In this document: piece after piece, positions 27,148-38,026 of the stretch
How positions within the stretch are numbered: position 1 is the first letter of the stretch
How the letters are laid out: each line of letters begins with the position of its first letter
Source: an uncultured Candidatus Kuenenia sp.
GTDB taxonomy: Bacteria > Planctomycetota > Planctomycetia > Pirellulales > UBA1268
Assembly (NCBI GenBank): GCA_964453165.1
Contig: CAYVNX010000005.1
Location: 1 to 62,560, forward strand
Reading direction: 5' to 3'
Length of the DNA: 62,560 bases
Program-made: the position numbers and the translations under genes
Notes under the pieces: generated by a model
Databases searched by the model: none
Told to the model about the DNA's origin: nothing
What the model saw: the letters and a program-made list of their open reading frames with translations, nothing else

Positions 27148-27225
27148 GGCGATCCGCTATCCTCTCGGGAGCGAGCCTTCCTGGCACTTCAGGTCGGCTC
27201 TTGGTTTCCGACCCTGGAGTGAGCA

Positions 27226-27612
27226 ATGGCTGCGGACCTGAGGTTTGCCAAGACCCACGAATGGATTCGGCCCGAGAGCGACGGCCTGGCCACCGTCGGC
27301 ATTTCAGCCTACGCAGTCGAGGCGCTCACCGACCTCGTGTTCATGCAGTTGCCCGAGGTGGGCCGCAAGGTGAAGGCGGGCGAGTCGATCGGTGAGATCG
27401 AGAGCGTCAAGGCGGTGAGCGACTTCTATGCCCCGGTCTCCGGCGAGATCGTGGAGGTCAATCAGTCCCTGCCCAATGCGCTCGAGACCCTGGGCCAGGA
27501 TCCCTACGGAGCCGGATGGCTCGTGCGGATCCGGCCCGACGACGCCGCCGAGTCGGCCGGCTTGCTCGACGCTGCAGCCTACGACTCGCTCGTGAAGAGC
27601 CAGCCCCACTGA
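27226..27612 (+). CDS. gcvH: Glycine cleavage system H protein
   Basis: LRFAKTHEWIRPESDG...GEIESVKAVSDFYAPVSGEIVEVN contains the lipoyl-lysine motif ESVKA. Confidence 0.93.
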   Translation: MAADLRFAKTHEWIRPESDGLATVGISAYAVEALTDLVFMQLPEVGRKVKAGESIGEIESVKAVSDFYAPVSGEIVEVNQSLPNALETLGQDPYGAGWLVRIRPDDAAESAGLLDAAAYDSLVKSQPH

Positions 27613-27661
27613 TCGCCGCCATGCCCCCGCTTCCTCCCGCCTCGCGCGGCGCATCTGGGCC

Positions 27662-28438
27662 ATGAGCGGGCTCGTCGCCTGGTGGGACGAGCCGGCCAGT
27701 GGCCCGGAGAACATGGCCGCCGACGAGTTGTTGGCGGAGGAGTCCCTCCGCCTGGATCAAGCGCTCGTGCGGATCTACGGCTGGAACGAGCCGGCGGTTT
27801 CGCTCGGGGGATTCCAACGACTGGCCGACGCCCGCGGCTGCGCCGCGATTGCCGGTCTGCCACTCGTTCGCCGGCCCAGCGGCGGCGGAGCCATCGTCCA
27901 CGGCAGCGACCTGACCTATGCCGTGGCCGTGCCCCGCAGCCACCCCTGGGGCGGTGATCCGCAGCAGCTCTACGACGTGTTTCACGAGTCCATGGCGGAA
28001 TTGCTTCGGGCTCGGGGCATCGCGGCCCAGCAGCATCCGGGCCGGGATCCGCGGGCCGGCGACGAGTCGCGGTTTCTCTGTTTCGATCGCCGAGCTCGGG
28101 GCGATCTGGTAGTGGCACGGGCCGGCCTGCCGGACGGTCACAAGATCCTGGGGAGCGCCCAGCGCAGGCTTCAGGCGGCCGTGCTCCAGCATGGCAGCCT
28201 GCTGCTCGAACGGCCCACCGCCCCGGGCGAGTCCGGCCGGCACCCGGGCCTGCGCGACCTGGCGAACGGCGCGGTGGGCCCGCTCCGTCCGTTGGTCGCC
28301 GGCTGGCTCGAGCGGATCGCTCGTCGGGTCGCTGGAGCGGTGGACTGGCGGGATGACGGATTTCTCGCTGCCCGCGCTGACGAATGTGCGGCCACAATTG
28401 GCCGGTACCGCAGCGAAGCCTGGCTTGCCCGGCGATGA
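27662..28438 (+). CDS. Lipoate-protein ligase/octanoyltransferase family protein (catalytic domain only, LipM/LplA-like)
   Basis: PAVSLGGFQR...RRPSGGGAIVHG...FLCFDRRARGDLVV...HKILGSAQRR resembles the BPL_LplA_LipB core. Lies next to gcvH. Confidence 0.6.
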   Translation: MSGLVAWWDEPASGPENMAADELLAEESLRLDQALVRIYGWNEPAVSLGGFQRLADARGCAAIAGLPLVRRPSGGGAIVHGSDLTYAVAVPRSHPWGGDPQQLYDVFHESMAELLRARGIAAQQHPGRDPRAGDESRFLCFDRRARGDLVVARAGLPDGHKILGSAQRRLQAAVLQHGSLLLERPTAPGESGRHPGLRDLANGAVGPLRPLVAGWLERIARRVAGAVDWRDDGFLAARADECAATIGRYRSEAWLARR

Positions 28439-28582
28439 AGGCGTCCGCTCGGACGAGAACGGCCACGATTCGCACCGCTGTTTTGACGGCCGAAGGTTCT
28501 GGTACGATTGAGATGGGTCGCGATCCGGTTCCGCCGGATTCCGATTGCTCGCCGCAGTGGCCGATCCGCACGCGATCAGGGC

Positions 28583-29236
28583 ATGGGCATGGTTACGAAA
28601 CTCATTGTCGCGACAGGCAAGAGCGCCGGACGTAGCATCGCGATCAAGCGGAACAAACTCCTGATCGGCCGGTCCGAGGAGTGCGATGTCCGTCCTTTGA
28701 GCGAGGAAGTGAGCCGCCGGCACTGCGCCGTGATCGTTGGCCCGGCGGATGTCTGGGTGCAGGATCTCGGCAGCCGCAACGGCACCTTCGTCAACGGGCA
28801 GAAGATCGAGGCGAAAACGAAACTCGCCGACGGCGACCTGATCCGTGTGGGCTCCCTGGAACTCCAGGTTTCGTGCACGGCCCCAGTGACGCCGAAGGCG
28901 GCGGGTGCCGACGACGATGTCTCCCGGTGGCTGATGGACGATGACGCCGGCACGTCAGACACCACCCGCACCCTGCCGGCTGCCGCGTCCGAATCGACGG
29001 ACGGCTCGTTCATCGGTGGCATGGTGACCTCGACGCCCGAGTCCGCCGACTCCTCGAATGCTTCGAGCGGCTCAGATGCGGCGAGCGGAAGCTCCAGTGG
29101 CACCACGCTCGCCGAACTCAAGGCCCTCAAGGACAAGCCGGGCACGCTGCCGGCTGCCGCCGCCGCGGCCAAGAAGAGCGACTCGTCCCGCGACGCGGCG
29201 GCCGACGCTCTCAAAAAGTTCTTCGACCGGAAGTAG
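28583..29236 (+). CDS. FHA domain protein with a Ser/Ala-rich disordered C-terminus
   Basis: [27 protein letters not shown]...[17 protein letters not shown] is the FHA signature. ATG at 28583. Confidence 0.8.
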   Translation: MGMVTKLIVATGKSAGRSIAIKRNKLLIGRSEECDVRPLSEEVSRRHCAVIVGPADVWVQDLGSRNGTFVNGQKIEAKTKLADGDLIRVGSLELQVSCTAPVTPKAAGADDDVSRWLMDDDAGTSDTTRTLPAAASESTDGSFIGGMVTSTPESADSSNASSGSDAASGSSSGTTLAELKALKDKPGTLPAAAAAAKKSDSSRDAAADALKKFFDRK

Positions 29237-29393
29237 CGGTCGCGCCGGTCGCACCGGCCGGCCGACCCGGTTTTTCGTCCAGGTTTCGCCTGCCGGCACG
29301 TCTTGCCCCGTCCGCAGCGGTCATGCTTCCGGCAGAGTCTTCCACGCGGCGCCGGCCGGCAGCCGCAGCGATCCCCCGGAGAACCCCACGACC

Positions 29394-29645
29394 ATGTCCG
29401 CCACGCTCACGACCGCCCCCCGGATCAACCGTCGCTCCGCCACCGCCAGCCGGGCCGGCAGTACCCGCCACGCCCGCCGCCGCCACATCGACCCGACGAC
29501 CTGCGAGCGGGACTACCTTCCGGAAGAGGTCGAGTTCATGCAGGCGCTCGATCACTACAAGCGAACGAGCGGCCGGATGTTTCCAACCTGCAGCGAGGTG
29601 CTCGCCGTCGTGAAGGCCCTCGGCTACCGCCGCGAGCCCGCCTGA
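29394..29645 (+). CDS. Small basic hypothetical protein (83 aa)
   Basis: [14 protein letters not shown]...[44 protein letters not shown]. ggagaa lies upstream. Sits in-frame inside a longer track ORF (29058..29645). Confidence 0.5.
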   Translation: MSATLTTAPRINRRSATASRAGSTRHARRRHIDPTTCERDYLPEEVEFMQALDHYKRTSGRMFPTCSEVLAVVKALGYRREPA

Positions 29646-29773
29646 TTCACCCGAAAAGCCGCGGTGGCATCGGGGTTGCCTCGGCTGCGGTGGGTTCGAT
29701 ACCTTCCTCGGCCCCCGTGGCGGCCCGGAGCGGATGGCCGCAACGGAGTGGCTGCCGAGCGGAGCCCTCCCGC

Positions 29774-30511
29774 GTGCGTTTTCCTGTCGTCCTCTGTCTG
29801 CTGCTGTCGGTCACCGTGGGCTGCGGCGGCATGGGCCGCAACGACTCGTCCCAGGGCGTGCAGCTCTACCAGCAGGGTAACTATCTCGGGGCGGTGAACC
29901 ACTTCCAGCAGGCTCTTGCCCGCCAGCCGGGCAACCCTGACTGCTTCTACAATCTCGGGGCCACTTACCATCAGCAGGCCAAGGTGTTCGGCAGCGACGC
30001 CGACCGGCAGGTGGCCGAGCAGTACTACCACCTCTGCCTCGCGCGGAATCCCGACCACGTGGCCTGCCAACGGGCCCTCGCCGTGCTGCTCGTGGAGGAG
30101 AACCGTTCCGATGAGGCGGTTGCCGGACTCCAGCAGTGGGCGACGACTCGGCCGGGCAACCCCCAGCCCCATATCGAACTCGCACGGCTTGCCGAGGAAC
30201 ACGGGGACGTTCGGGAGGCCGAAAACCAGCTGCTCGATGCTCTGGCCCTCGATCCGGCCAACCCCCGGGCGCTCGTGGCGCTCGGACAGCTCCGTGAGGC
30301 TGCCGGCGATCCTTCGCAGGCGCTGATCGATTACTCACGAGCGTTGGCGGTGGATCCCCAGCAGCCGGTCGTGGCTGCCCGCGTCGCGGCGCTCAACTCG
30401 GCCCAGGCTTCGGCGGTGCGCACGGCCGCGCTCCCGCCACCGACGCCGTTCCCGCCGGCTCCTGGCGCGGTGGCGCTCCCGCCGGTGCCGCCGGGAATGC
30501 CGGGCCGTTGA
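29774..30511 (+). CDS. TPR-repeat lipoprotein
   Basis: GTG start, then VRFPVVLCLLLSVTVGC (lipobox-like). TPR-like repeats GNYLGAVNHFQQALARQPGNPDCFYNLG. Pro-rich tail. Confidence 0.65.
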   Translation: MRFPVVLCLLLSVTVGCGGMGRNDSSQGVQLYQQGNYLGAVNHFQQALARQPGNPDCFYNLGATYHQQAKVFGSDADRQVAEQYYHLCLARNPDHVACQRALAVLLVEENRSDEAVAGLQQWATTRPGNPQPHIELARLAEEHGDVREAENQLLDALALDPANPRALVALGQLREAAGDPSQALIDYSRALAVDPQQPVVAARVAALNSAQASAVRTAALPPPTPFPPAPGAVALPPVPPGMPGR

Positions 30512-30569
30512 CCGTCCTCCCGCAGACCCCTATTCTGCCAGCGGTTTTCCGCTTCCCGGTGCCCACACG

Positions 30570-31682
30570 ATGCCCTCACGCGTCTTCAATTTCTCTCCCG
30601 GCCCGGCCGTTTTGCCCCTGCCGGTGCTGGAACAGGCCCGGGACGAGATGCTGGCCCTGCCAGGGGTCGGAATGTCGGTCCTCGAAATCAGCCACCGGAG
30701 TCCGGCCTTCGACCGGATTCTCGACGAGACGATCGCCAGCCTCCGCGAACTGCTCGGCGTGGGAGCCGACCACGAGATCGTGTTTCTGCAGGGAGGCGCG
30801 AGCCTGCAATTCTCAATGGTGCCGATGAATCTCCTCCGAGGTCGGAGCGAGAAGGCCGACTATGTGCTCACCGGCACGTGGGGCGTGACGGCCGCCAAGG
30901 AAGCCCGCCGAGAAGGAGCCGTGCACGTCGCCTGGGACGGCAAGGCCACGAACTACGACGGACTTCCGCCGGCGAGCGAGATTTCACTTTCTGACCGGCC
31001 CGCGTACATCCACATCACGAGCAACGAGACGATTCAGGGCGTGCAGTGGAAGCAGCTTCCCGACCTGGGCGACGCCCCGCTGGTCTGCGACTGCTCCAGC
31101 GATTTTCTCTCCCGGCCGGTCGATGTGGCTCGGTACGGGCTGATCTACGCCTGCGCCCAGAAGAATGCCGGCATCGCCGGGGTGACGGTCGCGATCATCC
31201 GCAAGGATCTGCTCGAGCGGTCGAACGACACGCTCCCCAAGATGCTCGACTACCGCACCTTCGTGGAAGCCGGTTCGCGGCCCAACACGCCGCCGGTGTT
31301 CGCGGTATATATCCTCGGCCTCGTCTGCCGCTGGATTCGGGACACGATGGGCGGCCTGGAGGGCATGGCCATCCACAATGCGGCCAAGGCGAAACTGCTC
31401 TACGATGTGCTCGATTCCTCCGGCGGCTTCTATGCCGGTCACTCCCGGCCTGAATGCCGCTCCGACATGAACGTCACCTTCCGACTGCCGTCCGAGGACC
31501 TCGAAAAGGAGTTCACAGCCCAGGCCACCGCGCAGGGGCTCGTCGATCTCAAGGGGCATCGGTCGGTCGGCGGAATCCGGGCGAGTATTTACAACGCGAT
31601 GCCCGTGGCCGGTGTGGAGGCCCTGCGGGACCACATGCTGGCCTTCATGGAGTCTCAGGCGGTCTCCCGAGCCGACGGCTGA
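30570..31682 (+). CDS. serC: Phosphoserine aminotransferase
   Basis: RVFNFSPGPAVLPLPVLEQARDEMLALPGVGMSVLEISHRS...NETIQG...GGIRASIYNAMP. Confidence 0.92.
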   Translation: MPSRVFNFSPGPAVLPLPVLEQARDEMLALPGVGMSVLEISHRSPAFDRILDETIASLRELLGVGADHEIVFLQGGASLQFSMVPMNLLRGRSEKADYVLTGTWGVTAAKEARREGAVHVAWDGKATNYDGLPPASEISLSDRPAYIHITSNETIQGVQWKQLPDLGDAPLVCDCSSDFLSRPVDVARYGLIYACAQKNAGIAGVTVAIIRKDLLERSNDTLPKMLDYRTFVEAGSRPNTPPVFAVYILGLVCRWIRDTMGGLEGMAIHNAAKAKLLYDVLDSSGGFYAGHSRPECRSDMNVTFRLPSEDLEKEFTAQATAQGLVDLKGHRSVGGIRASIYNAMPVAGVEALRDHMLAFMESQAVSRADG

Positions 31683-31726
31683 ACCGCACGCCACCGCGAT
31701 CGGTCTCCCCCGGAGCCTTCACTTCG

Positions 31727-33391
31727 ATGCCCTCGATCATCGTCCTCGACAAGCTGAGTTCCGACGGACTCGCTCTGCTCGACGCCGCCGCCAAGCAAGG
31801 CATCACCTACGAGGTGGCGACCGGCCTGAAGGACGAGCCTCTCCGCGAGGCCTTGGCCCGCCACGACGGGGCCATCTGCCGCAGCGGGGTGAAGATCAAC
31901 GCGGCTTCGCTGGCGGGCAACACCCGGCTCAGGGCCATCGTGCGGGCCGGCGTGGGCACCGACAACATCGACAAGGACGCGGCGACCCGGCAGGGCATCG
32001 TGGTGATGAACACGCCGGCTGGCAACACCGTGAGCACGGCCGAGCACGCCTTCGCCCTGCTCCTCGGCCTGTCGCGGAACGTGGCAGCGGCCGACGCCAG
32101 CCTCCGCTCCCACGTCTGGGATCGCAACAAGTTCATGGGGGCCCAACTCGCCGGCAAGTCGATCGGCATCGTAGGCCTCGGCCGGATCGGCCAGGCGGTG
32201 GCGGAGCGGGCCCGCGCCTTCGAGATGAGAGTGCTCGGCTTCGATCCCTTCCTCTCGCCCGATCGGGCGGCGGAACTGGGCATCGAACTCTACGACGACG
32301 TGCGGTCGATGCTGCCCCATGTCGACTACCTCACGGTCCACACGCCGCTGACCGATGAAACCCGGCACCTGGTCGGCATGGCGGAACTCGACCTGCTCAA
32401 GCCCGGCGTGCGGCTGATCAACTGCGCCCGCGGCGGAATCTACGACGAGAAGGCCCTCGTGGCGGGCCTCGAGCGGGGCGTGATCGGCGGCGTGGCCCTC
32501 GACGTCTTCGAGCAGGAGCCCTGCACCGACAGCCCGCTTTTCGGCATGCCGGGCGTGCTCGTCACACCGCACCTTGGGGCGAGCACCGAGGAGGCCCAGT
32601 CGCAGGTGGCCGTCGAGGGCGTGGGGCTGCTCGTCGACTTCCTGACCACCGGAGCCATCCGCCATTCCGTCAATGCTTCGCCGATCGATCCCGTTACGCT
32701 CGAGAGCGTGCGAGGCTTTCTCGACCTGGCCTGGCGGCTCGGCCTGCTGGTGTCGCAGCTCGACTCAGGCCACCCGCGGTCGTGCTCGATCGCCTACCGC
32801 GGCGAGATCGCCGGCCGGAACACGAAACTCGTGACGGCAGCCTTCGCAGCGGGACTCCTCGAGGGCGTCACCGAAGACGTCAACATCGTCAACGCCGAAG
32901 TCCTGCTCCGTGATCGCGGGATCGAACTCGTGGAGCAGAGCCGCACCGACCCGGGTGCGTTCAGTTCGGTCGTGGCGGTCGATCTCGTCTCGGGAGATCA
33001 GGTGCATCGGGCGGCCGGCACGCTGTTCGGCCACTCGATGCCCCGGCTCGTCCAGCTCGAGGGCCATCGCCTCGAGGCCTACCTCGACGGAATTCTGCTG
33101 GTCTTCACCCATCAGGACGTGCCCGGGATCATCGGCCGGGTCGGCTCGACCTTCGGGGAACTGGGAATCAACATTGCCCAGATGACGGTCGGGCGATCGG
33201 CTCCCGGTGGCGATGCGATCGGCGTGCTCAACCTCGACCAGGAGCCCTCAGCCAAGGCGCTCGAAGCAGTGCTGGCCTGCCCGGGCATCCGCTCGGCCCG
33301 GGTGGTCAAGCTGCCACCGGCCGGCTGCCTGCCTCCGTGGCTCGCCGCTTCCGCACACTCAACCCGCGCGGCCCGCGAACGCACGGGCTGA
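31727..33391 (+). CDS. serA: D-3-phosphoglycerate dehydrogenase (long form with C-terminal ACT region)
   Basis: MPSIIVLDKLSSDGL...GIVGLGRIGQAVAERA...INCARGGIYDE...VLVTPHLGAST. ATG at 31727. Confidence 0.9.
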   Translation: MPSIIVLDKLSSDGLALLDAAAKQGITYEVATGLKDEPLREALARHDGAICRSGVKINAASLAGNTRLRAIVRAGVGTDNIDKDAATRQGIVVMNTPAGNTVSTAEHAFALLLGLSRNVAAADASLRSHVWDRNKFMGAQLAGKSIGIVGLGRIGQAVAERARAFEMRVLGFDPFLSPDRAAELGIELYDDVRSMLPHVDYLTVHTPLTDETRHLVGMAELDLLKPGVRLINCARGGIYDEKALVAGLERGVIGGVALDVFEQEPCTDSPLFGMPGVLVTPHLGASTEEAQSQVAVEGVGLLVDFLTTGAIRHSVNASPIDPVTLESVRGFLDLAWRLGLLVSQLDSGHPRSCSIAYRGEIAGRNTKLVTAAFAAGLLEGVTEDVNIVNAEVLLRDRGIELVEQSRTDPGAFSSVVAVDLVSGDQVHRAAGTLFGHSMPRLVQLEGHRLEAYLDGILLVFTHQDVPGIIGRVGSTFGELGINIAQMTVGRSAPGGDAIGVLNLDQEPSAKALEAVLACPGIRSARVVKLPPAGCLPPWLAASAHSTRAARERTG

Positions 33392-33446
33392 TGTGATCCG
33401 TGCCGCGATCCGGCTTTTGCCGCCTCCGAGCCGGTGCTACAACTAC

Positions 33447-36400
33447 TTGGATGCCATCGAGAGGTGTGCTGGTTCCGAGGGGTCTTTCCGCGTGGCCTGT
33501 TTCCTGACCTGCAGCGTGGTCACCCTCCTGGCGGTGGCATCGGTGGCCGGGGCGGCGCCGGACACGGCCGCCACCAGCGCCACCCGCCGGCTGCTCGACG
33601 CCGTCGAGACTCGCGGGTTGCCCGACGTCACGCTTTTGATCGTGGATCGGGTGGCCGCCGACCCGTCCGCGGCCCCAGAACTCAAGCGGGAGTTGCCCTT
33701 CCGGCGTTCCGCGGCCCTCGTGGCGCTCAGCCGCCGGGAGGCCGACGGCGGCAAACGGGCGACCCTCCTCGACGAGGCGCAGGCCGCCCTCGACGAATTT
33801 CTGGCATCGGGAACCCCAGACGATCGGCAGGCCATCGCCGCCTTTACCCAGAAGGGCACGCTTCTGGTGGAGCGGGGCCGTGCCAAGTCGGAGCAGGCAC
33901 GCCGGCCGGGGGCCGACGGCCAGGCACTGCGGGAAGAGGCCGTGCGGTTCTTCGACGCGGGGATCGCCGCGCTCAAGGGCACGGTCAAACCAGGCGAACC
34001 GGTCACCAGCGTCACCAACGCTGAAGACGCCGTGATCAAAGTCCTCCGGGATGTGAATGACCGGATCGAAGCGATCAAAGGTGACGCCGCTGAGAATGGG
34101 CCACCTCCCGCCGCCGAATCGGGCGACAAACCCGGCCGCCCGAAACTCAAATCCCCGGCCAAACCCAAGCCGAAGCGGCTGACGCCCCGGGAGCGGCAGC
34201 AGCAGGCCCGGCTGCTCGAGGGTCTGGCCACCGAGCGGGAGACGCTCCAGGGCAAGCTCCTCCAGACTCGGCTGTTGGTGGCCGACGCGGTGTTCAAGAA
34301 GGCCGAGGCTTACGAACCAGACTCGAAAGAGTGGAAGGCATTCCTCGAGGAATCAACCGGCCTCTACAAGGCCATCGCCGACAAGTATCCCACGATGGGC
34401 GGTGGCCTCCTGGCTCGCTGCTACCAGGGCCGCAACGACGCGCTCCTGGGCCGCTGGAAACAGGCCATCGAGGAGCTCACCCCGCTGACCGCACTCGATT
34501 CCGATTCGGCGTTTGCGGTGGGCCTCAGGGCCAAGGCGGTCAACATCACGCTCGAGTGTTTGCTCGCTGAGAAGAACTACGAGGCGTTTCAGCCGGTCGA
34601 TCGGGAGTTTGCCTTGAGCGATGTCAGTCGCCTGAAGGGTGGGCGGCTCGACGCCGACTGGTTGGGACTCAAATACCGGGCCGCTGTGATCCTCGACGCC
34701 CGCGCCGAATCGCTGGCAGCAAGCGACCCACTCACGAAGAACGAACGGACGCGGCTCCACGCCGATGCCCGCAAGCTCGCCACCGAGGTGGCCCGAGCCA
34801 ACGCCGACTTCGCGGCCGAGGCCCGGAGCCTGGCGGGGAAACTCGGCACGACCGTGGCCGAGGGCGAACAGACCTTCGCCGCGGCCTTCGATCAGGCCCG
34901 GCAGTCCATGGGCCTGATGCAGGCGAGCGCGGCCGAGGCGAAGGCGGCAAGCGAGCCAGCCAAGGCCGAGGCGGCCCGGACCGAAGCAGCGGCGGCTCGC
35001 GACGCGGCGGTGGCGGGCCTGCGGCAGGCGCTCACGCTGGCAGGAGCCGGCGATCCGCTCGAGACTACGCCCGAACTGCCCGCCGGGGTCTCGATCGACG
35101 CGGTGAACGAAGCCCGGTCGCTGCTCGCCTACCTCCTCTACGAACGACACGAGTTCGAGCAGAGCGCTCGGCTCGGGCGATTTCTGGCCGAGCAGTATCC
35201 CAACGCCAAGGGCAGCCGCCAGGCGGCCCGGGTCGCGCTGGCGGCCTGGCAGCAACTGGCGCAGAAGGCAAGCGGGGACGAGGCTGACGCGGCCCGGCAA
35301 CAGTCGGTCGAACTCGCAGGCCTGATGCTGAGAACCTGGCCCGAAGAGGCCGAGACGGCCGATGCGGCGGCGGTCGCGATCGCGGCCGGCAGTGCCGCCC
35401 ACGACCCCGGCATGATCGCGGGAATTCTGGCCGACACCGCGGCCGCGGCACCCCGCCGAGCGGAAATCCTCTTCCGCGGCGGGACGGCCCTGTGGCGGGA
35501 AGTGCAGCAGGCCCGGCGGCTGGCACCGCCGGAGCGGCCTACCGACGAGCAACTCGAGTCGTGGCGGGCGACCGCCACGCAGGCACTCGACGAGGGCCTG
35601 GCGACGTGCGACGGCCCCGGCGCACTGCCAGCGCCTCCCCTGGGAACCCTGGCTGCCACGGCCGCGGTGGCCCGCACCCAGATCGCGATCGATGCTGGCG
35701 ACGCGGCCGGAGCGGCCTCCCTGCTGGACCATCCTGTCTACGGCCCATGGACGCTCGCGGGTGGCTCGAAGCCCGTGCTCGCGTCGGGCTCACTGGCCGA
35801 GTCGGCACTCACCCTTTCGCTCCAGGTGTTCATTCAGACCGATGACTTCACCCGGGCCCAGGCCGCGATGAAGCGGCTTGAAGAGGCAGCCGGCACCGGA
35901 GACCAGGCGTCGGCGAAATTGGCCGGCATGTACCTCGCGATGGGCCGCGACCTTCAGATGCAACTGGAAGTGCTCGCCGGCGAGGCGACTCAGGGGAAGG
36001 CCGCGAGTCGTGACCGGGCCGGGAAGATTCTCCAGGGCTTCACGGCCTTTCTCGACGCCGTGGCCGACCGCGACCGCAAGACCTCTTCGCAGATCTGGGT
36101 GGCCACGACCTACCTGGCCCTCGGTTCCGGCCGGGGCACCGGCGCGATCGTCGCTCCGGCCGCGGCCGAGGGCTATCTCCGCAAGGCCGCAGCGGCCTAT
36201 GGGAGACTGCTCGAGAAGCGAGACGATCCCGATGTCGCTCGCTTCGAACCATCGATCCGGCTTCAGTTGGCGAACCTCCTCCGTCGCCTCGGCGACGCCG
36301 ACGCCGCCCGCGAGCAGGTTACGTGGCTCTTGGCTGAGCCGAGCCGGCAAAACTCGCTCGAGGTGCAGGTGCTGGCTGCCGAGGTGCTCCAAGCCGCTGC

Positions 36401-36770
36401 GGAAGCGACCGCAAAGGCTGGCGATACGGCCGCCGCAGATCGCCTTTTCCACGAGGCCGTCGTGGGGGAAAAGTCCGCCGGCATCTGGGGCTGGGCTCAG
36501 ATTGCCAACCGACTGGAACGGCAGGGCATCTCCGGCACCGACGCCCGTTCGGCGACTGCCCGGTCGACATTTTTCGAGGCCCGGCTCCATCTGGCGGAAT
36601 GCCTGATCGGCCGGGCCCGACTGCCGGGCGCGACCCTGGAGGCCAAGCAGAAGCGGCTGAGCACCGCGGAGACCGTGATCTCCATGACCCGCAAGCTGCA
36701 TCCCGATCTTGGCGGCGAGGCGTTCGCCGACCGTTTCACGCGGTTACAGGAGTCGATCACCCAGCAGTGA
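33447..36770 (+). CDS. Large (about 1100 aa) secreted Ala-rich all-alpha protein, unknown function
   Basis: Signal-like CFLTCSVVTLLAVASVAGAAPD. Long helical Ala/Glu/Arg-rich sequence with a KPKPKR patch. Start is TTG 33447 or GTG 33492. First gene of the exbBD-containing string. Confidence 0.6.
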   Translation: MDAIERCAGSEGSFRVACFLTCSVVTLLAVASVAGAAPDTAATSATRRLLDAVETRGLPDVTLLIVDRVAADPSAAPELKRELPFRRSAALVALSRREADGGKRATLLDEAQAALDEFLASGTPDDRQAIAAFTQKGTLLVERGRAKSEQARRPGADGQALREEAVRFFDAGIAALKGTVKPGEPVTSVTNAEDAVIKVLRDVNDRIEAIKGDAAENGPPPAAESGDKPGRPKLKSPAKPKPKRLTPRERQQQARLLEGLATERETLQGKLLQTRLLVADAVFKKAEAYEPDSKEWKAFLEESTGLYKAIADKYPTMGGGLLARCYQGRNDALLGRWKQAIEELTPLTALDSDSAFAVGLRAKAVNITLECLLAEKNYEAFQPVDREFALSDVSRLKGGRLDADWLGLKYRAAVILDARAESLAASDPLTKNERTRLHADARKLATEVARANADFAAEARSLAGKLGTTVAEGEQTFAAAFDQARQSMGLMQASAAEAKAASEPAKAEAARTEAAAARDAAVAGLRQALTLAGAGDPLETTPELPAGVSIDAVNEARSLLAYLLYERHEFEQSARLGRFLAEQYPNAKGSRQAARVALAAWQQLAQKASGDEADAARQQSVELAGLMLRTWPEEAETADAAAVAIAAGSAAHDPGMIAGILADTAAAAPRRAEILFRGGTALWREVQQARRLAPPERPTDEQLESWRATATQALDEGLATCDGPGALPAPPLGTLAATAAVARTQIAIDAGDAAGAASLLDHPVYGPWTLAGGSKPVLASGSLAESALTLSLQVFIQTDDFTRAQAAMKRLEEAAGTGDQASAKLAGMYLAMGRDLQMQLEVLAGEATQGKAASRDRAGKILQGFTAFLDAVADRDRKTSSQIWVATTYLALGSGRGTGAIVAPAAAEGYLRKAAAAYGRLLEKRDDPDVARFEPSIRLQLANLLRRLGDADAAREQVTWLLAEPSRQNSLEVQVLAAEVLQAAAEATAKAGDTAAADRLFHEAVVGEKSAGIWGWAQIANRLERQGISGTDARSATARSTFFEARLHLAECLIGRARLPGATLEAKQKRLSTAETVISMTRKLHPDLGGEAFADRFTRLQESITQQ

Positions 36771-36848
36771 CTCACCGCCACCGCGCCGGGAACGCCGATC
36801 CCGCCGGCGTCTCGTCGTGGTTTTCCTCCGATCTGTCCGTGACCTACC

Positions 36849-37907
36849 ATGCCCCGCGCAACTCGTTTCATCAGGCTGTTTTCCGTCCTCGCGGCGATCC
36901 TCATCCAGGCTGCGGCGCCAGCGTCGCGAGCGGCCGACCGGGTCACCCTCGCCGATGGCGAGGAGATCACCGGCACGGTGTTCAGCCTCGGCCCCGATGC
37001 GATCGAGATCGAGACGGAGGATGGCGGGCAAAAGCTCAGCGTGACGGAATACCAGGCGGTGGCCTTCGACGGTGAACCCGACACGTTCGCGGAGGCTCGC
37101 CGGTTGCTCGCAGAGGGGAAGCCGAAGGGGGCCGAGGAGGTACTCGCAGGAGTGGCAACCGCGGACCTGGCCGACGCCGACCGGCGCATCCGTGACGAGC
37201 ACGGCTACCTCAAACTCGTCGCCGCGGCCAGAGCCGCCGGCTCGAACGAGGCAGCAGCGGCGCTGGCATCGTTTCTCGAAAGGAATCCCCGCAGCCACCA
37301 TGCCTATGCCGCCTGGGAGACACTGGGAGATGCGTTCACCCGTCTCGGTCGACTCGACGAGGCTGCGGCCGCGTATCGTGAACTCGCCAGTGGCCCGCCG
37401 GCCCTGCGTGTGCGGGCGGCGGCCGCCCAGGGGCGGATGCTCGCTGCCGCGGGCAAGCCGGCCGAAGCCCTCCGCCAGTTCGAGACGGCGATCGGGATTC
37501 CAGCCGATGACTCTGATCCCGCCATCGGCGAACAGCAGCAGCAGGCGTCACTCGGCCTGGCCCGCTGCCTCGCCGTGGTGGGCAAGCCCGACGAGGGAGC
37601 GGCGACCGTCCGCAGGTTGATCGAAGGGGCCGACCCGGCCGACGAAGACCTGCTCGCGGCCGCCTTCACGGCCCTCGGCGTTTGCCAGCGGGCCGGCGGC
37701 CGGGCCGACGACGCGCTGATCTCCTTCCTAACCGTCGATCTCGTCTATGACCGAGTGCCCGCAGCCCGGGCCGAGGCTCTGGCCAACCTCGTGGAACTCT
37801 GGGAATCAGCCAACCAGCCTGAGCGGGCTCGGGCCGCCCGAGCGGTGCTCACCGAATCGTTCCCCGACAGCCCCTGGACTGCGAAGGCAGCCCGACCCGC
37901 CGGCTGA
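36849..37907 (+). CDS. Secreted TPR-like protein
   Basis: Signal peptide FIRLFSVLAAILIQAAAPASRAAD. Small beta-rich N-domain, then TPR-like helices (AYAAWETLGDAFTRLGRLDEAAAAYREL). Confidence 0.65.
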   Translation: MPRATRFIRLFSVLAAILIQAAAPASRAADRVTLADGEEITGTVFSLGPDAIEIETEDGGQKLSVTEYQAVAFDGEPDTFAEARRLLAEGKPKGAEEVLAGVATADLADADRRIRDEHGYLKLVAAARAAGSNEAAAALASFLERNPRSHHAYAAWETLGDAFTRLGRLDEAAAAYRELASGPPALRVRAAAAQGRMLAAAGKPAEALRQFETAIGIPADDSDPAIGEQQQQASLGLARCLAVVGKPDEGAATVRRLIEGADPADEDLLAAAFTALGVCQRAGGRADDALISFLTVDLVYDRVPAARAEALANLVELWESANQPERARAARAVLTESFPDSPWTAKAARPAG

Positions 37908-38026
37908 ACCCGTCCGTCATCGGCCGGCCTTCCGGCTGGCCCCGGCAGCAGGGTACGCTTACGGTTCCGGTCGCGGAATCCTGCGCGGCCGAGAGATTCA
38001 GGCCCACCCGTCGAGGAGAGGATTCG

